A stretch of 64,000 nucleotides of DNA from a virus. How positions within the stretch are numbered: position 1 is the first letter of the stretch; each line of letters opens with the position of its first letter. Made by a program: the position numbers and the translations under genes. Shown piece after piece: positions 9,001 to 16,309 of this stretch. The stretch is taken from positions 1-64,000 of the IMG/VR virus record IMGVR_UViG_3300029905_000002; one strand, 5' to 3'. The notes below the pieces were generated by a model. It ran no database searches, was not told the origin of the DNA, and was given only the letters and a program-made list of their open reading frames with translations.

Positions 9001-9079
9001 TTGCATATTAAAATAAAATGCGTACCTTTGCACCGTGATAGTTTATACATATTGTTTCATTAATTAAATTTTTTAAGAT
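9001..9079 (+). promoter_or_regulatory. Third copy of the early promoter/leader type
   Basis: TAccTTTG at 9023-9030, followed by caccgtgata. Copies A and B read cagcgtgattt at the same place. A similar AT-rich leader runs to the ATG at 9080. Confidence 0.55.
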
Positions 9080-9397
9080 ATGGAAAGAAATCAATTAGTA
9101 TTAAAAAAGGAGTTTTCTAAAATTAGAGAACAGTATGCCAACCAACCCAACTTGGACTTCGAACCTTATTACAAGGCCCTCCGGGATTCCATTCACCAAC
9201 TCGGTAACTTGCAATTAATATCTATCCTTTGCATTATTAACCAAGACGGTACATTCTACTGGGAATTCACCTTCAGGGGTACACCAACAATGGACTTATT
9301 CAAGGCCTTCACTTGGCTAGAGGACGATGATATTACTCCTCAACTCAAATGGAAGGACAGAGAACATGAGATCTTCATGCTTTATTTCACCATCTAA
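9080..9397 (+). CDS. hypothetical protein
   Basis: ORF track; preceded by a promoter-like box and followed by a stem-loop. Confidence 0.55.
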   Translation: MERNQLVLKKEFSKIREQYANQPNLDFEPYYKALRDSIHQLGNLQLISILCIINQDGTFYWEFTFRGTPTMDLFKAFTWLEDDDITPQLKWKDREHEIFMLYFTI

Positions 9398-9408
9398 TTA
9401 TTAACCCT

Positions 9409-9433
9409 GGGACTAGGCAATGCTCCTAGTCCC
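9409..9433 (+). terminator. Intergenic stem-loop
   Basis: gggactagg-caatgct-cctagtccc, a 9-bp stem. Preceded by aaccct. Confidence 0.5.
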
Positions 9434-9451
9434 TCTAACACTTTTACAACT

Positions 9452-9946
9452 ATGAAACTTATATCTACTAATTTACAAATCACTAGCAATAACCAAAAGC
9501 TCTACTCGGTTCACTATCAAACTACAGAGAAAGATTTCCAACTGGTACTTAACTCTATCGAAAACTACCTTCAAATTCTCTTCGATAACGAACATATTAC
9601 CCTAACAGGAGATTGCACAGAACCTCTGTGCAATAACAAATATCACTCCTGGTACCTAGAACCAATAGATACTAAGGAAATACCTAGCTGGGATAAAATC
9701 AAGGACCTAGCTAGCTATCTAGAGAATTACTTTGGCTATCAACATGATCAAGCAATGCACATAGTTCTACTAAATCTTACTCCGCTTACCCAAGCCCTAA
9801 ACACTAAGTATGATTCCTACATCTATTATAATACGGATGACTATGTAATGGAAATTACCGAAAAACCCCAACCCGAGGAATGCAGTTACTACGCCTTTAT
9901 TAATATACCCCATATAAACGGAAACATATACATCATCATTGATTGA
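9452..9946 (+). CDS. hypothetical protein
   Basis: ORF track; 164 aa. Confidence 0.55.
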   Translation: MKLISTNLQITSNNQKLYSVHYQTTEKDFQLVLNSIENYLQILFDNEHITLTGDCTEPLCNNKYHSWYLEPIDTKEIPSWDKIKDLASYLENYFGYQHDQAMHIVLLNLTPLTQALNTKYDSYIYYNTDDYVMEITEKPQPEECSYYAFINIPHINGNIYIIID

Positions 9947-9965
9947 TTGACTTTCCATATTCTCT

Positions 9966-10002
9966 ATACCTGGCTTACCTGCGATAGGACATAGCCAGGT
10001 AT
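9966..10002 (+). terminator. Stem-loop after the last early gene
   Basis: atacctggct ... agccaggtat, a 10-bp stem with a 17-nt loop. Followed by ctttgtgt. Confidence 0.45.
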
Positions 10003-10193
10003 CTTTGTGTATACGCTTATCTGAGGAACCTTATCTGAGTCCTACTAAGCTTACCGGCGAACATATATAAAGGCTATATATGGCCCTGTGGTTTCTGAGG
10101 TTATATGATAAAGGCTATATAGGGCCTTATTGATTTAGATCCTTTGGGACCATAAGGTGTATGCAATGGCCCCGGGGATTTAAGCAATTAAGG

Positions 10194-10269
10194 ATCCCAT
10201 ACCTATCCATCTATCCTTTCCTATTCATACTATCTTCTATTCATACCTACCTCTATCCTATATCATACA
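10194..10269 (+). repeat. 76-nt G-free tract with CTATCC/CTATTCATAC repeats
   Basis: Hand count finds no G from 10194 to 10269. ctatcc occurs 3 times. Its reverse complement, ggatag, resembles the AGGAT core of the 8.6-8.9 kb motifs. Confidence 0.7.
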
Positions 10270-10319
10270 GGTATATATAAGCTCTCTAGCGGAAGTGGGA
10301 GACCGAGCCCACCAAAATA

Positions 10320-10720
10320 AATTATATGAAAAATCTTTACACAAAATTCAGATGGGAGTAATTCCCAAAAATTTTTCAAAAATTCAAAAAATTTTTATAA
10401 AATAAAAATAATAAGAAAATTCTAAAAAATTCTTAAAAAATTTGGTTTTCTAAAAATCCAAATAATTTAAGATTTTTTATAAATAATCCCTACATGGTCC
10501 CACCCTGACCCTATCTTTCTTTATATATAGAATATCGTGCGCAAATAATAAAAAATTTGATTCTACAAAATTTTTTTAGAAAAATAAATAATTATTTTGA
10601 GTTGGTTAACTTAAAAAATTTTTTGTATTTTGAAAATTTGTATTTTTCAAGGGAAAAATAGGGATTTTTGTTAATGGATTAAAAAAATATAGGGTATTTT
10701 TTGGTGATTCAAAAAAAGTC
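10320..10720. repeat. Very AT-rich block of repeated A(5-7)T(4-7) tracts
   Basis: Tracts include caaaaatttttcaaaaattcaaaaaatttttataaaataaaaat and further aaaaaatt / aaaattt units. No ORF is present. Confidence 0.6.
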
Positions 10721-10722
10721 CG

Positions 10723-10730
10723 TACCTTTG
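10723..10730 (+). promoter_or_regulatory. Bacteroidota-type -7 box
   Basis: cgTAccTTTGca is the same core as at 9021-9032. It lies about 180 nt upstream of the ATG at 10910. Confidence 0.5.
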
Positions 10731-10740
10731 CAATGTCGAA

Positions 10741-10762
10741 GGGAGATAAGGAGTTATCTCCC
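10741..10762 (+). other. Leader stem-loop
   Basis: gggagataa-ggag-ttatctccc, immediately downstream of the -7 box. Confidence 0.45.
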
Positions 10763-10826
10763 CAGTGGTTGAAAAAGTGGAAAAAATAGGACTTTTTTAA
10801 GTGTTCTTTGATTTAATGATACAAAT

Positions 10827-10851
10827 GTTTCACGTGAAACTATTTTTTTTT
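10827..10851 (+). terminator. GTTTCACGTGAAAC palindrome plus T-tract (attenuator or terminator candidate)
   Basis: 14-bp perfect palindrome at 10827-10840, followed by tattttttttt. It sits between the promoter box and the gene. Confidence 0.5.
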
Positions 10852-10909
10852 CCTACCTACAAAAACGTGAACGATAAACTAAATTAATAACTCTAAAACT
10901 CAAAAGAAT

Positions 10910-11383
10910 ATGGAAACAAATAACAATCAAAACCAAAATCAAGTTACTACAAATGTAGCAACAAAAAAAGAAAAAGTAAATAAAGTGAGTGCAAAACGCG
11001 CCGTTGCTCAAGCAAAAGCAAACGGCAATATCCTCGATAAAATTACATCCTTTCGTAATTCGGGGACGATTGCAAAAGGTGTAAAGGGGCAAAATGTTGA
11101 CCTTTACAAAAAAGAACTTTTTGCAGGCTTATTTGACCAACAAAAAAAGATGGCACGCAAAAAATTACGTCAGATTCGGGACGGATTTTTTGCAGAAATT
11201 TTGTCCTGCAAGGACAAAACAAAACTCAAAAAGTTGTGCCAAGACTTTTATAAATGGTATGTTGATATTTATTCAGTAAATGATTTTTCAGTTAATTCGG
11301 TATGTAGCGGCCGAACGGACGATAATACCCGTAATTTGTGCGAAAAAGCATTACAAATTGTGAAAACAAATGTAAGTAAGTAA
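10910..11383 (+). CDS. lysine/arginine-rich hypothetical protein (moron-like)
   Basis: 157-aa ORF. CpG-containing codons (cgc, cgg, acg, tcg) are frequent here, unlike in neighbouring phage genes. It shares an ARKKxRQ block with the partial ORF at 3..347. Confidence 0.7.
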   Translation: METNNNQNQNQVTTNVATKKEKVNKVSAKRAVAQAKANGNILDKITSFRNSGTIAKGVKGQNVDLYKKELFAGLFDQQKKMARKKLRQIRDGFFAEILSCKDKTKLKKLCQDFYKWYVDIYSVNDFSVNSVCSGRTDDNTRNLCEKALQIVKTNVSK

Positions 11384-11391
11384 AGAAAATT

Positions 11392-11405
11392 GTTTCACGT
11401 GAAAC
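11392..11405. repeat. Second copy of the GTTTCACGTGAAAC palindrome
   Basis: Identical 14-mer located 8 nt after the stop codon of 10910..11383. Confidence 0.8.
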
Positions 11406-11424
11406 ATTCTAAAAATAAAAAATA

Positions 11425-11505
11425 ATGAAAAAATTTCTTTTTGTATTGGGTACATTTGTACTCATGTACTTTCTTATTCTAATTTTGTGGGCATTATCTT
11501 TTTAG
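11425..11505 (+). CDS. possible 26-aa hydrophobic peptide
   Basis: Hand translation gives MKKFLFVLGTFVLMYFLILILWALSF*. It lies just upstream of a strong terminator. Short ORFs like this can arise by chance. Confidence 0.25.
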   Translation: MKKFLFVLGTFVLMYFLILILWALSF

Positions 11506-11516
11506 AAATCTTTAAT

Positions 11517-11542
11517 AAATAGGGGACGTTTGTCCCCTATTT
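11517..11542. terminator. Bidirectional intrinsic terminator
   Basis: aaataggggac-gttt-gtcccctattt with an A-tract upstream and a T-tract downstream. It sits at the convergent junction of plus- and minus-strand genes. Confidence 0.7.
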
Positions 11543-11743
11543 TTTTATTCCTTACATTAAATTTAACGTAACCGTTAGCGGCCCTAAGTACTATACCCCA
11601 TACGTACACATTAAAGGAGATCCCAGTGAAAGCCAATGCCAAGCAAAACACAAAGAAAGAGACCCTTGGATCCCAAACATAATTTAGGGACCCTAAGATT
11701 TCTCCCAAAGCCCCAAAAATTTTTCGCAAACCCTACGTACGTA

Positions 11744-11989
11744 TTAAAGGGATCCCAAGAATTCCTCTAAAGTCATCTCCTTATTCCCATCTATCCTTAC
11801 CACATCCACCCTTCTTTTCATTTCATCTAAACTCCAAGGTATCTCATCCTCAAATAAAAACTCATTCCCATAGAAAGTAAACCATCCCACTTTGAAATAA
11901 GAATAACCAAGGTTTATAAAATCTCCATTATCATAATACCCCTCAATAGGTATTCTCTTAAATCCTTCAATCCTCATAATAATACTCAA
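11744..11989 (-). CDS. hypothetical protein
   Basis: ORF track; part of the minus-strand packed array. Confidence 0.5.
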   Translation of the reverse strand: MSIIMRIEGFKRIPIEGYYDNGDFINLGYSYFKVGWFTFYGNEFLFEDEIPWSLDEMKRRVDVVRIDGNKEMTLEEFLGSL

Positions 11990-12290
11990 ATCTAAATCCT
12001 TTCACTTGCTTATAAATCCCTTTGCATACCTTAGATATAGAGCTATCAGAAATACCCAATTCTTTAGAGGCAGCTCTTATATTAGGGTATATTTTCCTAT
12101 TAGTATTACAAAATACTGCTCTAGAAGATCCCTTATTATAGCCCCAAGATTTCCTATTTAGTACCATCTTCTTAATCCTATCCCTTTGCATCTCTAAAGT
12201 CTTAGGATCATAGATTTCCTCCCACCTATTACCTTCAGCAAAGTTATTGCCTTTACCAAAATGCCCATTAGGTAATCTGTATTTCCTCAT
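11967..12290 (-). CDS. putative DNA-binding protein with a NUMOD1/IENR-like helix-turn-helix
   Basis: The C-terminal block IYPNIRAASKELGISDSSISKVCKGIYKQVKGFRFEYY resembles DNA-binding modules of homing endonucleases. No nuclease motif was seen. Confidence 0.4.
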   Translation of the reverse strand: MRKYRLPNGHFGKGNNFAEGNRWEEIYDPKTLEMQRDRIKKMVLNRKSWGYNKGSSRAVFCNTNRKIYPNIRAASKELGISDSSISKVCKGIYKQVKGFRFEYYYED

Positions 12291-12291
12291 C

Positions 12292-12633
12292 CTAGTAATC
12301 TATGCCTTTGCGTTCAATGATTAGGTTCCCTGTCTCATGATCGTTATAGGTCCAGGAAGGAAGGTTCTCAAAGGGTCCTTCTGCAGGCTTATCTTTTGAA
12401 ACTTGATATCCTATCACTACCCAGAACCAGGCAATTAGGATTCCATGAAGTACCCATTGAAGTTTACCAAATGCCTTGAATCCGAACTTAAAGTATAAAG
12501 CAATCCAAATCACTGGGTAGATGGGAAAGATTATAATCAGAAGGATAATTAATCCTCGGATAAGCATGGAGGTAGTAGAATCCATTGTGGTTCCTACTCT
12601 CCTAAAATTTCTATCATAGTGGGTATATATCAT
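12292..12633 (-). CDS. hypothetical membrane protein
   Basis: Several hydrophobic segments (LIRGLIILLIIIFPIYPVIWIALYF, LHGILIAWFWVVIGY). Confidence 0.5.
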   Translation of the reverse strand: MIYTHYDRNFRRVGTTMDSTTSMLIRGLIILLIIIFPIYPVIWIALYFKFGFKAFGKLQWVLHGILIAWFWVVIGYQVSKDKPAEGPFENLPSWTYNDHETGNLIIERKGIDY

Positions 12634-12650
12634 AATTAGTAGGTATTAAA

Positions 12651-12673
12651 AGCCAGGGAATTATTCCCTGGCT
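12651..12673 (-). terminator. Intergenic palindromic stem-loop
   Basis: agccagggaa-tta-ttccctggct, between two minus-strand genes. Confidence 0.4.
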
Positions 12674-12678
12674 AGAGG

Positions 12679-12876
12679 TTAATTAGATAGCTTTTTCTTT
12701 AGGATTAAGAAAAGGTATATGATGAAGAATCCTGGAGTAATCATCCAAACGGATAGGAAGAAAATGAGCTTCCCTGGTACTCCGTACTTTTGCATCAATC
12801 CCTCTTTTAATCCGAACTTAGTAAATACGATTGCCGGTATAAGGCACAGTAGGTATAGAATAGTGATGGCAATCAT
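12679..12876 (-). CDS. small two-TM membrane protein (holin-like size)
   Basis: 65 aa with two hydrophobic spans and a basic C-terminus (LKKKLSN). Confidence 0.45.
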   Translation of the reverse strand: MIAITILYLLCLIPAIVFTKFGLKEGLMQKYGVPGKLIFFLSVWMITPGFFIIYLFLILKKKLSN

Positions 12877-13217
12877 AGGAGGTTATTAAGTTTAAGGATA
12901 TACTTGGGATCGGATCCCTTAAATCCATTTCTCAATTCGTGTTGAATGTTCTCCAATTTCCTTTTCAATTCATGGTATGCTTTATAGGCCTGGAATAAGG
13001 TTTGATTCTTCTCATTCAAGGGTAAGGCATATCCTTCTTTGCCATCGGTTCTTCCGAAGATTTCTCCAGAAGGAATTCTTGATACTACTACTTTGTTGGA
13101 TAGTTTGGCAATCTTCTGAGATTTGTTGATTTCGATCACCTTAGCAATCTCATAGAGGGTTTTCCCATCATGGTAAAGCACCTCTTGTTCTGGCTTGAGT
13201 TTTTTAATTTTGTCCAT
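12873..13217 (-). CDS. hypothetical protein
   Basis: ORF track; overlaps the start of the downstream gene. Confidence 0.5.
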   Translation of the reverse strand: MDKIKKLKPEQEVLYHDGKTLYEIAKVIEINKSQKIAKLSNKVVVSRIPSGEIFGRTDGKEGYALPLNEKNQTLFQAYKAYHELKRKLENIQHELRNGFKGSDPKYILKLNNLL

Positions 13218-13240
13218 AAATAAATAGATATATTAATACG

Positions 13241-13633
13241 TTACAAATTTACGGGTAAATTTTTAATTTCTTGTATATATTTTTCTATTTCTTGCAAATT
13301 AGTGGGGCAAGGGATTATGTTCTTGAGGATAATCCAAGTATCTTTGGTAAGGAAAATGGTATTTGGGGTTATATCCAAATCCTCTTCTATCTTCATATAA
13401 GGCATCAGATTCCCCATATACTCGAGGTTGTTATGAGAAGCCCAAATCCTCTTGTTTGTATTATAAAAATACTTCATAGTGGAAGAGATTGGGTAGGACA
13501 TTCCGATGGAGATATCAGAATATGCTTGGTGACCTCTAATCTTCCATACATCAAAATCTTTAGTGATCAGATATTTCCAATACCCAAGATCCATCTTATC
13601 CCAATAATGTTTAATACTTTCTTGTAAGTTCAT
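13241..13633 (-). CDS. hypothetical protein
   Basis: ORF track; first gene of the minus-strand array. The antisense ORF 13271..13627 is judged spurious. Confidence 0.5.
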   Translation of the reverse strand: MNLQESIKHYWDKMDLGYWKYLITKDFDVWKIRGHQAYSDISIGMSYPISSTMKYFYNTNKRIWASHNNLEYMGNLMPYMKIEEDLDITPNTIFLTKDTWIILKNIIPCPTNLQEIEKYIQEIKNLPVNL

Positions 13634-13738
13634 ATCACATAAATTTAATGATTTATATCAAATAGCTCAGGTATATAGAACTTAGCTAAGGATTTGAGCA
13701 ATACCGAGTAATCCCTAATATAACCATATTGATCGATT

Positions 13739-14329
13739 ATGATAACTAACGAAATGTTTCAGAAACTCGGAGAGAAGTTCTCAATAGAACCAGCTCTCCT
13801 GAAAGCTGTTGCCATAGTAGAATGTGGTTTAGACCTTAATGGATTCTTGGCAGATGGTAAACCTAAGATTTTATTCGAAGGCCATATCTTCTACAAAGAA
13901 CTCCTCAAGGTAAACCCCAAAGCTACGGTAGTAAGAATCTCTAGATCCCATCCTTCGATTTGTTATGAATCCTGGACAAGGCAATTCTATCTCGGAGGTA
14001 TGGATGAGTATGATCGGTATAATGAAGCCAGGAAAATCCATCCAGAATGTGCTATGCTTGCAACTTCCTGGGGATTTCCTCAAATCATGGGCTTCAATTA
14101 CCAATACTGCGAATGTGAAACTGTGATGGAATTCGTTCGAAAGATGAAGGCATCAGAGGAATCCCAAATGGAACTCTGGTACAAATTCCTTAAGAACCAA
14201 AACCTAGTGGGATATTTGCAGGAGCACGATTGGGAAGGGTTCACTCTTAAGTATAATGGGCCCGGTCAAGTGAAACTTTATAGTCAGAGATTAAGTAACT
14301 CTTATAATAACTTGAAAGGTAAACTATGA
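13739..14329 (+). CDS. endolysin, N-acetylmuramidase family (DUF3380-like)
   Basis: Blocks EPALLKAVAIVECG, GKPKILFEGHIF, SWGFPQIMGFN and YNGPGQVKLYSQRL match the conserved pattern of this muramidase family, as recalled from memory. Confidence 0.8.
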   Translation: MITNEMFQKLGEKFSIEPALLKAVAIVECGLDLNGFLADGKPKILFEGHIFYKELLKVNPKATVVRISRSHPSICYESWTRQFYLGGMDEYDRYNEARKIHPECAMLATSWGFPQIMGFNYQYCECETVMEFVRKMKASEESQMELWYKFLKNQNLVGYLQEHDWEGFTLKYNGPGQVKLYSQRLSNSYNNLKGKL

Positions 14330-14682
14330 AGATCGTTTATACCAAGAATTTCCCTTTCAAAGGATATGCTGCCATTAATCTTTTTGGGATCCTATTTATA
14401 CGTAAAGACGGTATGGATCAAGTAAGTGAAAAAATGATAAATCATGAGAGAATTCATTCTGCTCAGATGAAGGAAATGCTTTGGATATTCTTCTATCTCT
14501 GGTATGGGATAGAATATCTCATCATCCTTATAGCTAGTCCTCATACTAATCAGAAGGATGAATATCATGAGATATCCTTTGAAGAAGAGGCTCATAACAA
14601 TGAAGAGAATCTAAATTATCTGTCCGAACGTAAGCATTATGCTTGGACAAAGTACTTATCCATTAAAAGCTACAAGAAATGA
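14326..14682 (+). CDS. small hydrophobic protein with an HExxH motif
   Basis: HERIH motif followed by a hydrophobic segment (MLWIFFYLWYGIEYLIILIA). ATGA overlap with the endolysin gene. Confidence 0.45.
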   Translation: MKIVYTKNFPFKGYAAINLFGILFIRKDGMDQVSEKMINHERIHSAQMKEMLWIFFYLWYGIEYLIILIASPHTNQKDEYHEISFEEEAHNNEENLNYLSERKHYAWTKYLSIKSYKK

Positions 14683-14756
14683 ACGAAGAAGAGAAGAATA
14701 AAACTGGTTATGGATCACCCGATACGGAGAATACTAACTCAAAAACTGAGTAAACG

Positions 14757-15797
14757 ATGAAACCCAAGAAACTCAAAGTCATGGGATGCTGTGCAGGATC
14801 CGGAGCAGCTCTACTTTTCCCGTTTTTGAACGATGAAAGGTTCGAAATACTGGGAAATTTAGAGCCCAGACCTGTATTTCATACTCCAAAAGAGGAGCAA
14901 TGGAGACTCAACTTCGATAAAATACCCTTTGTAAAGTCCTTCGAACTACCCGATTGGGAACCTGATATTATTGTATCAAGCCCCGATTGTGGTGCAAGTA
15001 GCATTATGAGGCTTTCTAAGAAGAAAAAGTTGGGTAAACCCGAGAAAAATAAGACCATTAACCTGGTTCTCAAGGCAATTATTACCTATAAACCCCAAGT
15101 TTTTCTGATTGAAAACCTCCCAAGGCTCCTGGATTTTATTCCTAAAACCGAATTTTGTCTCAGATTCCCTGGATACAAGCTCATATTTCACTGTCATTCA
15201 GTAATAGAGTTCGGTAATTCCCAGAAGTCAAGGAAAAGGTTGGTAATTATCGGAGTAAAAAGAGGCTCTAAGTTTAATAGGAAATCCTTCGCAAAGATAT
15301 TTAGCATAAATAAGCCAAAAGTTACTAGAAAATTACTAGAACTTGCCTGGGGCAAGGGAAATTTTATCCCACCAATGGATAAAGTTTTGGCGATGTATGA
15401 TTATCGAAAATTGCCTAAGAAGGAGAATTTAACTGTAGCAGAGATCCAAAAGCTCTGGAATAATGACTTCAAAAATGAATACAAATGGCCGATCAAGACA
15501 AGAAAAATGAAATCCCTACCTGGAGTTTACCGATTAAAGGAGGATACATACCCGATGACGGTAAGACCTGCAGATAGGCAATTTAGACCCGATGGATTAC
15601 CTTTAGGGATCCAGGATATGAGGGTAATCATGGGAATACCGAAATCCTTCAAACTTTATTTCCCTGAGAAATTCAAGGACTTGGTACCAACTTCTGAAGA
15701 TAAAGATTTTCTTTATTACCTCAATAAAGCCAGGTATACCCTTACCAAAGGTTCGGTAGGTGAAATAGGATATTGGTTCAAAGAGTGCATCTTATAA
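14757..15797 (+). CDS. divergent DNA (cytosine-5) methyltransferase
   Basis: Motif I-like GCCAGSGA, motif IV-like SSPDCGASS, motif VI-like FLIENLPRL and motif VIII-like QKSRKRLVIIG occur in the canonical order. Confidence 0.55.
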   Translation: MKPKKLKVMGCCAGSGAALLFPFLNDERFEILGNLEPRPVFHTPKEEQWRLNFDKIPFVKSFELPDWEPDIIVSSPDCGASSIMRLSKKKKLGKPEKNKTINLVLKAIITYKPQVFLIENLPRLLDFIPKTEFCLRFPGYKLIFHCHSVIEFGNSQKSRKRLVIIGVKRGSKFNRKSFAKIFSINKPKVTRKLLELAWGKGNFIPPMDKVLAMYDYRKLPKKENLTVAEIQKLWNNDFKNEYKWPIKTRKMKSLPGVYRLKEDTYPMTVRPADRQFRPDGLPLGIQDMRVIMGIPKSFKLYFPEKFKDLVPTSEDKDFLYYLNKARYTLTKGSVGEIGYWFKECIL

Positions 15798-15856
15798 AGC
15801 TCCTATTCTAGGACTTAAAAAATCTATACCGCGCTTTTTATTTACAGGCACCAATA

Positions 15857-15920
15857 TCCAAATACCTAAAGGTATTTGGAATACTACTTACTACCGTAAG
15901 TAGTAAGTAAGTAGTATTCC
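15857..15920 (+). terminator. Two overlapping stem-loops after the methyltransferase gene
   Basis: tccaaatacc-taaa-ggtatttgga at 15857-15880. ggaatactacttactac...gtagtaagtaagtagtattcc at 15878-15920, imperfect. Confidence 0.45.
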
Positions 15921-16024
15921 AGTAATATCATCAGTAGATTTGTTTTTATATTAAAAGAAAAGGGCCTTGATCCTAAAGTTCTTCAAGGACTATTCAGAAT
16001 TGCAACCCATAAAACTTAACTCGT

Positions 16025-16309
16025 ATGAACAAGGAAATTAAAACACCGAAGATTTCTAGAGATGAAGCAAAGGATTTGAAATATAGGGGATTTTTACCCA
16101 AATCCATAATCCGAATCATTTATCGTCATTTGATTCTTTTGATGGTAAGATGCGGAGCAAGGTTTATTTGTCGTCCAACTGATAAGTCCTTTTTTATAGG
16201 ATTTTCAGTACCTCTAAAGAATAATCCTCAATTGACTGAATCCAATCTCGGTCAACTTAAGGATGTATTATCTGAGATCCAGTATATTATTAAGTCAAGT
16301 AGGTACTAA
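16025..16309 (+). CDS. hypothetical protein
   Basis: ORF track. Confidence 0.45.
   Translation: MNKEIKTPKISRDEAKDLKYRGFLPKSIIRIIYRHLILLMVRCGARFICRPTDKSFFIGFSVPLKNNPQLTESNLGQLKDVLSEIQYIIKSSRY

Noticed and set aside
357-9433. Regularly spaced hairpins as a possible CRISPR-like array.
   Set aside because: The stems differ in sequence and length, and the spacing equals gene length (300-600 nt). There are no constant repeat units, so this is not a CRISPR array.
8280-10320. tRNA or other canonical RNA genes in the ORF-free blocks.
   Set aside because: Visual scanning found no GGTTCGAATCC-type T-arm and no cloverleaf-compatible arrangement. I cannot exclude a novel ncRNA, but none can be supported.
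11502-11729. 75-aa minus-strand ORF (TTG start).
   Set aside because: It runs through the strong bidirectional terminator at 11517-11542 and through GGATCC/GGGATCCC-type repeat DNA resembling the noncoding blocks. It is probably not coding.
13271-13627. 118-aa plus-strand ORF.
   Set aside because: It is completely antisense to 13241..13633, which belongs to the co-oriented minus-strand array.
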